A stretch of DNA of 64,000 bases, from NCBI RefSeq assembly GCF_052425735.1, contig NC_135769.1:1-64000 (forward strand). The letters run 5' to 3'. Position 1 is the stretch's first letter, and the number at the start of each line of letters is the position of its first letter. This document shows positions 10,801 to 24,000 of this stretch, one piece after another. The translations under genes were made by a program, and so were the position numbers. The notes under the pieces were generated by a model that made no database searches, was not told the origin of the DNA, and was given only the letters and a program-made list of their open reading frames with translations. The stretch comes from Oculina patagonica. Its lineage: Eukaryota.

Positions 10801-12695
10801 TGCTAATGCGATTGATATTAGCTACGCTGCCTTGATTTAATCAACGAAGAAAGGAAATTGTTTTTCTATTTGCGTTCTGTCAAATTTTAAGGCAGAGTTG
10901 AATAAAATGTCTTTTTAAAATACCTTGCGGATTTCACTCGTATCATTTGATTACCTACACATACCAAGTGCATTTGGCTCATTCTAATCACTATAACTTA
11001 TCAAACTACACTACTACTGAACAGAAAACAACACAAAAAATATTCTGAAAAACTGTCATCTAAGTTTTACTTTTAATTTCCTTACCTTAGTTAAAACACA
11101 CCTTACGTTTTTACAACTTGCAGCTTCAATACTTTGCAGCTAACCAGATCACGCTTAATTTGAAGACATTAAATATTCATATTATTTCAACGAAATAAAA
11201 CCGCATATAGAAAAAAACATCCGCTTAATGCCAGAAGTTCCCTTATTGTGAAAAATGCTTAATCATAAAAAAAGAAATAGAGAGAGAATTTCACAACAGA
11301 CGACTTTATATGACGAGACAATTATCCAGGGCAGTAATAACAGAGGTCCTTGGCTTATATCGAAAAGCTTAATGACAACACTGGCTGCGGGTTGTATCAA
11401 AGTGTAAGGACACAGCACAATTGTAAGAAAATTGACTATTAATGATACGATGGATGAGATTAGCGAAAAAATCGTGCTTTTTGTCAAAATTCTTATAATT
11501 CAGGAAAAATCAAAGAATAAATCTTCTGTGAAAATTCGGCTGAGATAAGTAGTTCGTTGTTTCAAGAGAATAGAACTTAAATCAATTTTTTCTTTCTAAA
11601 AAATAATAAGTTTGGAGTTTTAGGGTTGAAAGGTGTCCTTTCGTTAATTTAATCTTGACTTATTCACTAATTTTCTGAAATCTGAATTTTCATGAAATAT
11701 CCCCTAAGCACTGTTTCGTATATGAATCTTGTTTATTAGTTTCTGAGATGGTCCAGGATCAAACGCTCGAGAGAGTGATTTATCACACATCCAAACACTT
11801 TGAATGTGGTACAAAAATTCTTCAATTTAATTCAACTGTCCTCTTGGTGTTTGGAAAATGAAACGCTCTCTTTCTTTCTCGTTTGACAAATCAAGTCATA
11901 CATTTAAAAAGACATCTGTTTAGAAAAAAAAAACACTTTTTTAATGTTTTATTCTTTTTTAACTATTACAGTGTTTAAACTCTGGTTTTCAAGCTGGATT
12001 TCGATAAAGATATAACAAACACTGATAAACTAATTCTGACATTCTGCACTCAGTGTATAAAGAACACAAACGCTGTTAATGCCCCAACCCTTTTAAATAA
12101 TTCCACCCCAAAACTTTTATCTTAAATGACACAGTTAACTCTTTGAGTATGAGTGTGCACCTGAAAATATCCAACATTGCGTAAAGGAAATAGTAAACTT
12201 ACTCCTTGTGCATTGTTTAGTTAAATGAGCACTTGTCTTAGTACAATCAAGAAGTGCTTGAAGCACTACGCTGCACCTTGTGCTTTTCTATGCACTTTTC
12301 CATGGTAATATACATGTTTCATATAGCTAGCTCTTATTGGCTTATGCCAGGTCACATGACATCTAATAATAAAAACTGATTCCCGTCAAAAATCTCTGGG
12401 CAGGCAAATTTGCAAAATCAATGATGACAGAGGGTAACATGTTGCCCATGAATGTTGATCGACGAGCGCCATTTTTAAGTCTTTGTCGTGCTATATAACA
12501 AAACACCTAATGACTGATACCTCGGGAAACCAGTTGATTTTGTCACCCTCGAAACATTGAGATTCTCGGAAAATAAAATTAACTGTTTCCCTCAGGAATA
12601 GTCGTTAGATGTATAATGTAACACAAAAATGCACTTGAGTGGGTTAACTATTCCCTTTAGAAATAAACATTACAATGTTCAAATTTCTGTTTCAT

Positions 12696-12803
12696 TTATG
12701 AGTAGTGTAGTTGAATTGCAACCTGAAATGAGACTGGTCTCTAGCCGTGTCTAAATAGAGAACAGTCTTATTTCAGGTCACAATTCAACTATGCTACTCA
12801 TAA
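12696..12803. repeat. 108-bp palindrome (48-bp arms), probable MITE downstream of the LicD-like gene
   Basis: TTATGAGTAGTGTAGTTGAATTG...CAATTCAACTATGCTACTCATAA, with 6 mismatches between the arms. Confidence 0.8.
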
Positions 12804-12987
12804 GGAGTGGGAGGGTTGGAATTTAATTATGGTGCTTTTACAATGAACTATAAGAATTGGCTGTAAAAAACGGACTGTATAACATTTTTTTAACTTAAAT
12901 AGTAATAACTTTAAACTTTTTTCTGATAATTCTGTTAATTTAGAATTTAAAATACTAACTCTGTAAATTGTTCAAATGCCCTGGTGG

Positions 12988-14658
12988 TTAAGTTTCCACC
13001 CAAGATCCATTCTTGCACATCTTAGGTGGTTTAAAGTTGTCAGTCTTGAAGTAGGCTCGTAAAATTTCCCAAGGCCTGTTTGGACATGAAGTATTAAAGC
13101 CCATAAGAATGCATGGTCTAAATGGATAGAAATTGGACATCTTGTACTGCTTAAGCCTATTCTCACTCGGGTCTTCAATCAAGTCACCTTTTTCATAAAA
13201 ATGGAACATGTCAACAAAGACACTTCCTCTTATGAGTCTTGCCATGGGTTCTAGGAAGGAGCACATATCTGACATGGATGATGTCACCTGTCAATTTAAA
13301 CCAAGAAGAAAAAAATAAAATTAATGGTTAAAATTAATGGCGTAGTAATCAACCTCTTAAGCTCAAAAGTTTCAAGTGCCACTATAATCAAAATTTGGAC
13401 TCTCTGATTTAAACCATTTTAAAACATAAACAAATATAACGAACAACGGCGACAAACGATGCAATAGACCACATTTTTAGATTGGCCCAACAGACTATTA
13501 ACAGTTAGTTACAATATGGAGTAGAACCTTGCCGCCTTTAAGCTAGACATGTTGGTCAGGCATTTCAGTGTTCTCTTAAAGCACAGCTACAATGAGCGCC
13601 AAAAGTGTTGAGACAGTCGGCACTTTTTGAGTACCTTGGACAAATTTTACCCCTCACCCCTTCAATATAACCCCCTCCCCCCGAAACAATGTTGTATTTG
13701 CTATCAGCAAGACTTGCCTCCTTTGAGTTCAACATTGAAAAGGGGGGAGGGGGAGTGGTTTAGAAGTGGCAGCAGATTAAAGGTGAAAAAACAGGAATTT
13801 TTAATTAGTATCAATTTCATCCAACTGTCTCAAGGACTTTTGACACCCATTGTAGGTACGGTACATTTTGTATCAATAAAGGCATGAGGCATTTATTGCA
13901 ACATCCAGGAACTGTTTCGTTTTAATTCTTTTTATTTTTTTTTTTAAATGTGACCTAATTTTGTTTTGGATCAATCACTACTGATGATGTAAGACATAGC
14001 ATTTTAAAAACAAAAAATGACCTGTTATTTTTAAAATTGCATGTGTGCAATGTAAAATATTGACCTTCACAACTGAACTTTTGCTGAATTTCAAAGGCAC
14101 TTTCAGCAACCTTTTTTAAATTATCCAATTTTGAAGAAAAAAATTATAAGTACGAATAAATACCTCTCCTTGGCAGTTGTGTCGAGTTCGCTTTTCCTCT
14201 GGAATGTTCAACACAGGTCCAGGTTGAATTGCCAAACGGATTGTTCCATCTGCTTTTGTAAACTTTTTTTCTTCTGACCACTTTTTTAAAATTGGGAAAT
14301 ATTTTACATGGATGTTTATGTCAATGTCGTGATCCCAAGGTATGATATCTCTGTTTCGCATTGCTCCAAGAAGACTGCCGAATGCCAAAGTGTAACTTAT
14401 GTTATTTTCCTTACAGGCACTAGTCCAGGCTTGGAAAAGTGTGCATAAATCTTCTCGATTATGATTATCAGGACATCCTGGATCACCGTATACATTAGAT
14501 GTTGTATTCCCTTTACACCTCGGGAACTCTACGTTTTTCACCAAGTAAACACCGTAGCTAGTTAAATCTGGATTAATATAAAGCCACAGCCCCAACACTG
14601 AAACCAAGGTCAACACAAAACAAAAAAATAATCTCCAAGCCTGTGAAGCACTGCACAT
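12988..14658 (-). CDS. LicD/fukutin-related family phosphotransferase, type II membrane protein, ~264 aa, 2 coding exons
   Basis: Exons 14658-14164 and 13287-12988 joined by a phase-0 GT-AG intron. N-terminal TM segment LFFCFVLTLVSVLGLWLYI, LicD motif GSLLGAMRNRDIIPWDHDIDI, and C-terminal FVDMF...FYPFRPC...CPNRP..ILRAYF. Confidence 0.9.
13587..13855. mobile_element. MITE in the LicD-gene intron
   Basis: Imperfect TIRs CTACAATGAGCGCCAAAAGTGTTGAGACAGT ... ACTGTCTCAAGGACTTTTGACACCCATTGTAG. No clear TSD. Confidence 0.7.
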
Positions 14659-15778
14659 TGTTATCTGCAGGTGACTTAGCAGCTTGTTAGTTAACTGTCA
14701 ATAATGTTGTTAACCAGCCATCCAAGCATTTCTGTGATGCACAGGAAGATGGACTGGCTTCAACTGAAGGTTCCTAGGTTCAAAAAGTAGATGAAACAGT
14801 TAACCAGGTGTTACTTAAAAAACTTTAACATTTGCTATCCTTATTTTTAATATCTGCCATTCTCAAAATTATAGAAAAGAGCAGCATTCTTTAAAAATAT
14901 AAGCCTAGATTTCTTTTGCAAAGCTAAGAAAGTCCTGAGATCAAAGAAAAGTTAATTTTAGTCTTGCCATCTTGCAAAATTCTGAGTGCAAGTCAGCAGG
15001 TCTGCAGCATACATTTGTCGCCCACCTGATCTCCAGAGTTTAATTTTCCCTGGGTATGACATTTTTAAAAAATACTTGCATGGTATAACAAGAAATATTG
15101 ATTTTGTTTGTTTTTTGAAACCAATGTACCAAGGGAATACAAACTGACAATCCTACACACGTTTTCTGAAAACCAGTGATTTGGAACAATTATAGAAATA
15201 AGCTTAATATTTCAGGGTCACATTGTTCCCCTTGTAAAAATATGCAAAATGCACAACTCGTTGTTTTCAATCTATTCAGTCGAGTGGAGCATTCTTTAAA
15301 ATCTTTTCGTCGTATATACTGTCGTTGATACTGAACTGATTTGCAGTGAACTGTCGATGGAACTGAGTAGTTCTCAGCAGAAATCGAATCTCATTTCTTC
15401 ACTGTTCTTCATGAGCAGTCTAGATGAATCAGTAAGCTTAAACAATTTTTTTTCGCATATAGTAGAGAGGAGTTGTGTGCAGATTTAATCATTACCGTAA
15501 ACCGAAAAAATAAGACACTGAGAGAATAATGAAACGAAAACGTACCTTCCAACTCTGACAATCGAGCACTAAAGGCGAAATCAGTGATTTTCAAAGAGTT
15601 GTACAAAATGGCGATGATGGAAGCCGGTACATGCTGAATTTCACACTTTTCTCAAATGACAACCGGCTCGCTCGTCAGCGGTATCTGCATGTTATTGGTT
15701 AACGTTTTACCATGGAAACCACGTCTGCTTAGCAAGAATTCCCCGACCAGAGGGGTGCAATGAGAAAATGTGCCCAAT

Positions 15779-16567
15779 ATTTCCTCGCGAAGCGAGGCCG
15801 AAGGCCGAGCGTAGCGGGGTGTATAATTTTGTCCCTCAAAGGGATCAGGCGGGATGAAATCTCGTGTGGAGTTTACGGTCATATATATTTCTATATATAT
15901 TTGTGAGCTTGGTGTGTGGCGGAAATGACGTCACACGGCCGCCGCGCGCTGGTGGCCTAATGGTAAGGCGTCGAACTTGAAATCAGATCTTCGGACCTGA
16001 GGTCGGCGGTTCGAATCCGGCTAGGGTTTTTTTTTTTTTTTTTTTTTTTTTTTGTGAGTTCGAATCCTGAGCCTTTCATTTTTATCGTTTTTCTTTTCGG
16101 ATTAAAATAACATTGATTTCCACATAATACTCCCTCAACGCCTATTCAGGCTATAAACCTTTCATCGCCATCAGGGGTGGAGGCGCGCGGGTGGAGGCTT
16201 CGAATCCTCCTGCCGTTCGTTCTTCTTTTTTTTTTATGCCATCAAATAAATGTCCAAAATGCGACTATCCAATAATTTGTCGATGATTCTGAAAATAGCC
16301 TGCGCTTCCCAACGCTTTATACCTCTTTACGAACCAGAAAAAGCCACCATCTTTAAAGCGGAGTAGACCCTGGGAACGAGGGTGTCGCGGCCGTGCCCGT
16401 TGAAATAAATTTTCTAACAAATATATCTTCCTGCCTACTGTGGAAAATTGAATATGTACAATTCAATTAATGTTCAACTTCAAATAATCCACTCCTTATT
16501 TATAACACCCCCCCCCCCCCCCCAACCCAGAGCTTCGCGAGGCCTTGCGAGTCACGTATTACTAGTT
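15779..16567 (+). mobile_element. Putative non-autonomous Helentron (HINE/DINE-1-like) carrying tRNA-like sequence
   Basis: Subterminal inverted repeats CCTCGCGAAGC (15783-93) and GCTTCGCGAGG (16532-42), a 5' hairpin GGCCGAAGGCC, a TA-rich tract, a 3' end CTAG, and T-rich flanks. Confidence 0.55.
15946..16027 (+). pseudogene. tRNA-derived (Ser-UGA-like) pseudogene / SINE head
   Basis: A-box TGGCCTAATGG, anticodon loop CTTGAAA, B-box GGTTCGAATCC, followed by a long poly-T. The acceptor, anticodon and T stems are mismatched. Confidence 0.6.
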
Positions 16568-16734
16568 ATATATTTTTGAGGCAAATTCTCCTGCGAGTCT
16601 CACTTAAATTTTTAAGCATTTTTGTGGGTATTTCAAGTACAATTGACCCAATCAATTAATTTAGAAATCATTAAAAAGACCTTTTCCTCCTGCAGAGAAA
16701 TCCAGATTCTTGTCACGGCCAGCGCAATCAGCAC

Positions 16735-17340
16735 AACAAGCACAATCTTTATTTAGCGTGGTCCGCACACTTAGCTAAAAGGCTCGTTTTCAGATGCGCC
16801 ACGAAATAAAAATACAAAATAGATAAATAAAAACTTCTTGGAAGTGTATAAAAATAGATTAAGCTATAATTAAGAATAACTACAAATTACAATATTGTCT
16901 AACTAAGATTAAAAATATAAAAAATTTAAAATATTATTAAAAACAGTAAAGTAGCAATAATAAAAATTGACAAACTACTCGCTCAAAGTCCCGTAAGATT
17001 TAATGTTCTTAGGTTCGTTTTAAAAATGGTGTAAGTTTTTATTTTCCTTGTGTCGTCTGGTATAGAGTTCCACAGTTTCGATGCAGTATATCTCCACGAT
17101 TTGAGGCCATATTTTGATGAATTTACTTTCGGAAGGTCCACAAATGTGTTGCCTCTGAGGTTATAAGTGGAGCGTCTTGTTGTTATAAATTCACGCAAGC
17201 TTGCAGGACCGGCATCGCTAGCTAATATCTTAAAAACTGTCGACAATATTTTCGCTAAACGTTGTTCGCGGAGACTTGGGAGACCAATGCGCTTTAATAG
17301 TTCCTCATAAGGCGTGTCCTTTTCACAAAGGAGAGGAGAC
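16735..17340 (-). mobile_element. 3' fragment of a CR1/L2-group LINE
   Basis: ORF 16983-17342 ends with the typical YNLRG...LPKVNSSKYGLKSWRYTASKLWNSIP...FK tail, followed by an AT-rich 3' UTR with AATAAA. Confidence 0.8.
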
Positions 17341-18498
17341 ACATCAATAATAATATTACTAATTTATGAATTTATATTGCGCTTTTTAACATATAAATGA
17401 GCAAAAGCGCATTACAATATTAAACCTTAAAAATCCCTCACATCCCTCTAATCGCGGGCTATGTCGTCCGCCATCTTGGATTTCATTCGCAACATTCTGT
17501 TCATTCTGCCCCTGGGAGCAGAATGGATGGATTGGCGTTCTGTCCATTCTGAAATAGGAATGCGGAATATAAAAACGCGCGCATTTCACATTCTGGCCAT
17601 TAATTCTCATTCCAGAATTGTGAATAAAAAAGCGCGCCCTTTGTTTCTTTGGGAGCAAAGTATCCGTGTGATCTGAGATAAATAATCCAATTTTGGATTT
17701 TCCCAAAGAAACGCACCCTTAAGTAATGCCTTTTTTGATCAAAGATGATGATGTCACAAGTGAAAGAAAGGGCAACGTTCCTCAAGGCCGGTTTTGGTCC
17801 CACGGGAACAAATGGGTTCATCTTTGTGAGTTATTTGTGACATTTCAGTAACACCCGCTATCCTGATCAGCAAACAATTGTCAATGTAACTGAGGAAAAA
17901 AACTGTCGTTGGATTCACAATTAAAAGAATCCAAGACCTCGAGAAAAAGTTAGTGATGATGTCCACGATGATCACTTGACTGGCCTATTCGTCTTAATTT
18001 TCCAGCGGGTAAAATAGTAAGCGCAGATGTTATCTTGCTTTCTCAAGCTTCTCGCGACCTAAATAGCAGTTGACTTAGTTTTAACGAAGACCTGTGCTTC
18101 TGATCGCCCACCACAATTTCCCGCGAAAAGTATCAACGACCCGTGACAATTTCCTCCTGACCCACGATATTTTTACATACCTGTAATCAGGTAACCCAAG
18201 GATATTAGATACTCTTATGCTGCAAAAATGATCCTGCACCGCGCGCGAAAATCGGAACCACATAGCATAGCCACTGATCAATGGGGGAAAAATCTGCGGG
18301 CGCCAATGGACCGCTGAGATGCTGGGGAAAAAGAACCGCCATATTCGACAAGATGACAGCAACAGTACACAAAACAACTTTAATATATCACACATCATAC
18401 AGCTATATGCTGTCTTGAAGAGAGTTTAAGTCAAATCATTGTTCTTTACGCGCCTCATTTTCACAAACCTAAACCTCGCTAACTTATATTTATATTAA

Positions 18499-19083
18499 GC
18501 AATTATTGGATGAGGTTGAGCATGATGTCGTGAATTATCAAAACCGAGGTCTTGATAGTTCACGATATCATGCGAAAACCGAATTCAATAATTGTTTTAT
18601 TATACGTTTTCAAACAATTTGCCATCACTTTTTCTAGCGCCGGCGTAAAACTGGTCAGAACATTGGCCAAAGCGGTTTTATCTTGTGGTTCCTCCAGGTT
18701 CTTCTCCCTCAAATAATCATTCAGAATTTTTACACTTGTTTTTGTTGTTCTCTTTGTGTTTTAAGAATCTTTATTCTCGATCAAAACTTTCAATTCCTCT
18801 TCGAAAACGAAGGCGAATCGCTCGAGCTCAGCCATAATTTCAAAAGTTTGACAGCACTGCACGGACGAGGGGCTTGGAAACTAGGCGGACTTTGAACTCG
18901 ACATGATAACCCAATATCTGCTGCAGATATTGGGTTATCATGTCAAGTTCACATGCTACTGTGTATTGTCTGAATGCTCTCGACCAATCACATGTTTTGA
19001 AGTAGTTCTAATGTATAATAATTAACAATTATTGGATGAGGTTGTGATGTTAGCGTAATTTTGGTTTTTTTTTTCCGAAGCCG
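18499..19083. repeat. Dispersed repeat with internal inverted repeats; a second copy begins at ~19024 and runs into the gap
   Basis: CAATTATTGGATGAGGTTG at 18500 and 19026. Internal palindrome ACATGATAACCCAATATCTGCTGCAGATATTGGGTTATCATGT at ~18901-18943. Confidence 0.6.
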
Positions 19084-19354
19084 NNNNNNNNNNNNNNNNN
19101 NNNNNNNNNNNNNNNNNNNNNNNNNNNNNNNNNNNNNNNNNNNNNNNNNNNNNNNNNNNNNNNNNNNNNNNNNNNNNNNNNNNNNNNNNNNNNNNNNNNN
19201 NNNNNNNNNNNNNNNNNNNNNNNNNNNNNNNNNNNNNNNNNNNNNNNNNNNNNNNNNNNNNNNNNNNNNNNNNNNNNNNNNNNNNNTTTGATTCCAAGAG
19301 TTAACTGCTTATGATTTACATAGAATTTATATAAGAGCTGAACTGAAGTCTCTA

Positions 19355-20332
19355 CTAGTTGTTATTTTCTTCCCCGTATTTTAACAGTCGTACGATGTCT
19401 TCACATTTGAATTGCTCATCGTCATCAGCCAGTGTACCTTGAAGAAAAACTTCATCAACCTAAAAATATTGAAGAAAAGGAATCTAACAGTTAGGAAAAA
19501 CTTGCACAGGCGAGTAGGTTTGATCGATAGAGTGCGCGTCTATTCTTTAATTTGTATCCTGGAGGAGAATTTTTTCCTCCGAAACGTAATTAAGTTAAGG
19601 CTCAATATATAAAATGTTCCAACTTTTGTTGACGAATTTATTTATAGCGTGAAGAGACAGGCTATTATTACTGCCGCCCGGGACGGAGTGGCCTGGACCA
19701 ATAAAGTCAATTAATTACATCATCCTTTTTTAGTTGATAATTTCACCCGTTTATCTTTCTCCGGAGACAAGCAATAAGCCATAAAAATATATATAAAAGA
19801 TTTAGACATTGTCCTCAGTTACCGCTTTGCATTCAATCAGGAAAACGTTTGTAGTAAAGCTTTATAGCATCAGAATAATGCGTACCTGTTGCTCTGTAAG
19901 CCTCAGCCCCATCGTCATCAACAGTTCCTTGAACTCTTCCAGATTTATATATCCATCACAATCCTCGTCAAAACACGTGAAAGCATTTCTGATCAAGTCT
20001 TCTGGATCAGCGGCTCCCATCTTAGAAGCAAACATGGACAAAAACCTGGCAAAGTCCACACTCCCCGGCATGCCGACCTCGTTGAGCATATCTCTCAGCT
20101 CCGCATCAGTTGGTTTCTGCCCAAGAGAGATCAGAATTGTCTGCAGATCTTTCTTGCTTATTACTCCATCACGATCTTGATCAATAAGATTGAAAGCTTC
20201 CTTAAGCTGCTTCAATTGTTCTTTGTCAATGTGTACTGTCGCGTGAGGCTTCAAGCCTGTCCTTCTGGACTTTCGCCGCGGGAGAATCTTACTACCGTCT
20301 GTGTGATACATATTGACTTGCTTCAAATCCAT
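19355..20332 (-). CDS. Myosin regulatory light chain-like EF-hand protein, ~183 aa, 2 exons
   Basis: Exons 20332-19886 and 19459-19355 (phase 0). Motifs KEAFNLIDQDRDGVISKKDL, FLSMFASKMGAADPEDLIRNAF and C-terminal VDEVF...IVRLLKYGEE. Confidence 0.88.
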
Positions 20333-21081
20333 TGCCTTTGTCTCATAATCCAGCACGTGAAATAAAATATTGAAGAGCAGACAAAGTCATAACTGAGGGA
20401 TGCGTCTTAATTATATCTGTGGACAAATCACGGAAACCAACTCTGTGGTTAATTTGCCCGGCACATCTGTCTTGCTAAGAGCTGCGGTTTTAAGAAAGTG
20501 TATACTCAGTTGAAAGAAACCATAGATTAATTTGTCCTGAAATGTCATAAAGTTACTGTAACAATATATTATAATTACATTAGACAAACTAGCGGGAGTG
20601 GTGGTTTTGAATTAGTAAAGTATCACGCCATCTGGCTGATGGAGAATCAGGTCCGCCGGTGAAAACGACTGAACTCTTGTGGTTAACGTCGAAGTTGCTA
20701 TGATTACAGTTCTATAAAAGTACGTAAAATTCAACTGATCGAAATCAAATTAATCTTATGACAAATTTAAGATCTTGCTAATATATTTTTAATTAACTCT
20801 GTCCTGACCAGTTTTTTTAGTCTAGAAAGCCACATGGATGATATGGGCATGTATAAATGTATTTAAGAATGCTTAAAAACTAACACAGATTAATTTACAA
20901 AGATTGACTAGGCGATTAAGATAACTTCACTTGTTTTTTTTAGTTTGAAATTTGTGATCATGATAGCTTTTTTTTCTTTTCTGTGCGCAAGAGATCTGGA
21001 GCCAAATTAACTTTTCAAGACAGCGAAAGACTGGAGAGAGCGTGTTGGAACGCCTGGTAGATTTTGTCTTCCCCCGGTTTT

Positions 21082-24000
21082 ATGGCGGTCAAGTGTGATT
21101 TGGATGTTATCATTAAACTTGGAGGATGTGCAGTTACACGTAAAAATACATTCGAAACAGTTAATCATGACGCGATCGAATCAGCGGCGAAGTTGGTGAA
21201 AAAGATAAAGGGAAAGTGTATTGTGATTCATGGCGCGGGGTAAGTCGAAATGTCGACATCAGTTCATGGGGTCTGTATGTAGACTTTGTCGTCTAATCAA
21301 GTGTAACAGTATTTTCACTGCTTTAAGTAAAGACATCTTTTTTTCAAATGATTGACACGGTATATTCACAGTACAACACTAGTAATCAGTAAATCTGCTT
21401 TTGTTTAACTTTAAGGAACGTACTAAACCGTTGCTGCAATGGCGTTACTGCCGTGACACTTCAAGAGTAACGCAAGACAACACAACCTGTAATGAATTTG
21501 TTTTGAAGAAGACTTAATTGCAAAAAAAAACTTAGTTTATCTTAAACTGGGACTTACATAGTCCAAAAGGGGCTGGTATTTATGGGGAAGATATCTGCTA
21601 CCAAACATTATTTTTGGTTTTTTCAAATTTGTCATTCATTAAGCAAAATATTGCTTTGTTCCACTAGCCTTGAGTAGTTTCCTTAAGCTATGATCCAAGT
21701 CACATGTAAGTCATGATTAAAGTGATTCACAGTTGTTGTTGTGTACAGCACCTTTACTTTAGGGTCATGTGTGCTTTATATTAATCCTTTACATTGTCAT
21801 TGAACATTCTTGTTACTGTTATTGCAGATCATTTGGACACTTTCAGGCTCACGAGTACGGAACAGCTCATGGGTTCTCAAATGATGCCCTAAACAGTCGG
21901 ATTGGATTTGCAAAGACCAGACTTTCAGTTACAAAGGTATAGGGCGACTTGGTAAAAGTCTCATATTCTGTTATGCATGGTTAAAACTTCAAATGTCAGG
22001 ATTTCAAATAAGATATGTTAGTAGACGGCTCGGGGGTCTCCTCTACTTACTATGATGGTATCATTTTAAAGCCATTTTCACTGGAGTAAACTTGTGGCAA
22101 TCAGAAGTGAAACTAAAACCAATCGCGACTTTCTCACACATGTTTTCCTGTGCTTTGCACTGGCTACATGTAATTACTTCAACTTTTGATTGGTTCACTG
22201 AATTGTCCATGCCTTTTGTGATTGGCAACAGTAATAACTTTGGTTTTAGGTTTTACGACACTCAATTGAAAACTGCTCTATAGACCAGGGTAATTCCATA
22301 TTAGTCCTTGGTTAAGGTTGTTGTAATATCCCTAGGGATTCAGGAGAAGTCTTGTGATTCAAAGTTTTTTGCTGGTGCTTAATAGTGGGAATTGACAACA
22401 ATTTCATAGATCAGATGCTACGTTCACTGTAGGTTTAAATTCTGTTTTTACAAAATAATTCATTTCTTGCACATTCATGTAGCTTTTTATCTTTGTAAGA
22501 TCATTGAGACGAGTAACATTTTAATTAGTAGTAGCTGTTGTATAAATTATCTTTCTTTTTGTTCCTCTGTCATAGCTGCAACACACAATCACAGCGGCAT
22601 TTCTTGCCAATGGTATTCCAGCATTGGGAATTTCAGTAAGCATTATTATTCCTTCACAGGTGATCCTCACATGTTATGTAAGGATCTAAAAGAGATTGCT
22701 ATGGTATTGACCATTGTTTAATTTTTAACGTATGTGGCTATGTTGTGGTTTAAATTTTTCTTTCAATGGTTTAAATTTTTTTAAACCAGTTTGATGTTTA
22801 TTTTTCATTGTCTCATATTGATCATCATAATCTAAAACAAAGGGAAATAAAAATAAAACTGGTTTGAAAAATTCTAAACCAAAGATAAATTTAAACCACA
22901 ACAGCTATATACAAAAATAAAGGGGGGGGGGGGGGAGGGGGCTATACAATTTATACAATATGACTGACCACATTAATAATTAAGTGAGAGTGCAAAACAG
23001 TTTTTAAATTTTGTTTACCAGTAGTTTTAAGCAAATGGAAAATTGAAAAATAAAAGTAATCTTGATTATATATATAATTATGTCGCACCACTCCAGCTTG
23101 TTGACACATGGTCATGTTATTTGCTGCTTAAATTCCCTCTAATTATTAGTGCACACAAACGTGGCCTAACTCAGTCCCTTTTTGTAGATGGATCATGGAA
23201 TCAAAATGTACTAATAAGTTACCAATACTTGTTTTCCAAAATAAATTATTGATTTCTTTCCAAGCACAGTTGTTAATAGTCAAATAAGAATTAAATCAAT
23301 CTTTCACGTTTGGTACCAACTACTTTACTTTACTTTACTTTGTATGTGTAGCCCTGTGGATCATGGCTGACAAGTGGACGCACTGTCACCAGGTCAGCGG
23401 TAACTCCAATTGTTGAACTGTTAGAAGCTGGATTTGTACCAGTTCTGCATGGTGATTGCGTTTTGGATGAAGAACAGGGGTGTGCTATACTAAGTGGAGA
23501 CAAAATTATTGAGGTACATTACGTTGCTACGAGTTAAATAGTCTCCTAAATTAAAATAGAGAAAGGCCAATTTTGATTTATTAAAATTCTAACAAGGTAC
23601 AGAGGCTTAATGGATTAAAACGTCACATCTAAGTTACATCCCCTAATCCTTTGACATCATGTTAAAATTTTAATGCATCAAAATTGGCCCATTGCATTTA
23701 TCCATGGTTATGTTTTCATACATGTGAAGACTTGTCTCTTCGTTGAGTGCTGCAAATTCAAATGTAATGTGGCAGCATGTTTTTTTTTTCATGTACGGCA
23801 TGTAGTTTCCTTATGAATAAAAGTCGTCAGGTGATGAAAAGACTGTTTTAATTTTTCTGTTAGAAGCAAGCGTGGCCAAATGAAAGTGAACAAGTTTGAG
23901 TTAAGAAAATTGTTTAGGGATCTCGTGAATGATTGTCGAGGGCATTGCCGCTAAGATAATATGTCCAGTTATACATTGAATCCTTGTAAACATGGTTTGA

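Noticed and set aside
10480-11400. Weak similarity between ~10485-10580 and ~11305-11380 (TATATGACGAGA...CGAAAAGCT)
   Set aside because: Too short and degenerate to interpret by eye.
15946-16027. Functional tRNA-Ser gene
   Set aside because: The anticodon, T and acceptor stems contain several mismatches, and the sequence is embedded in a repeat.
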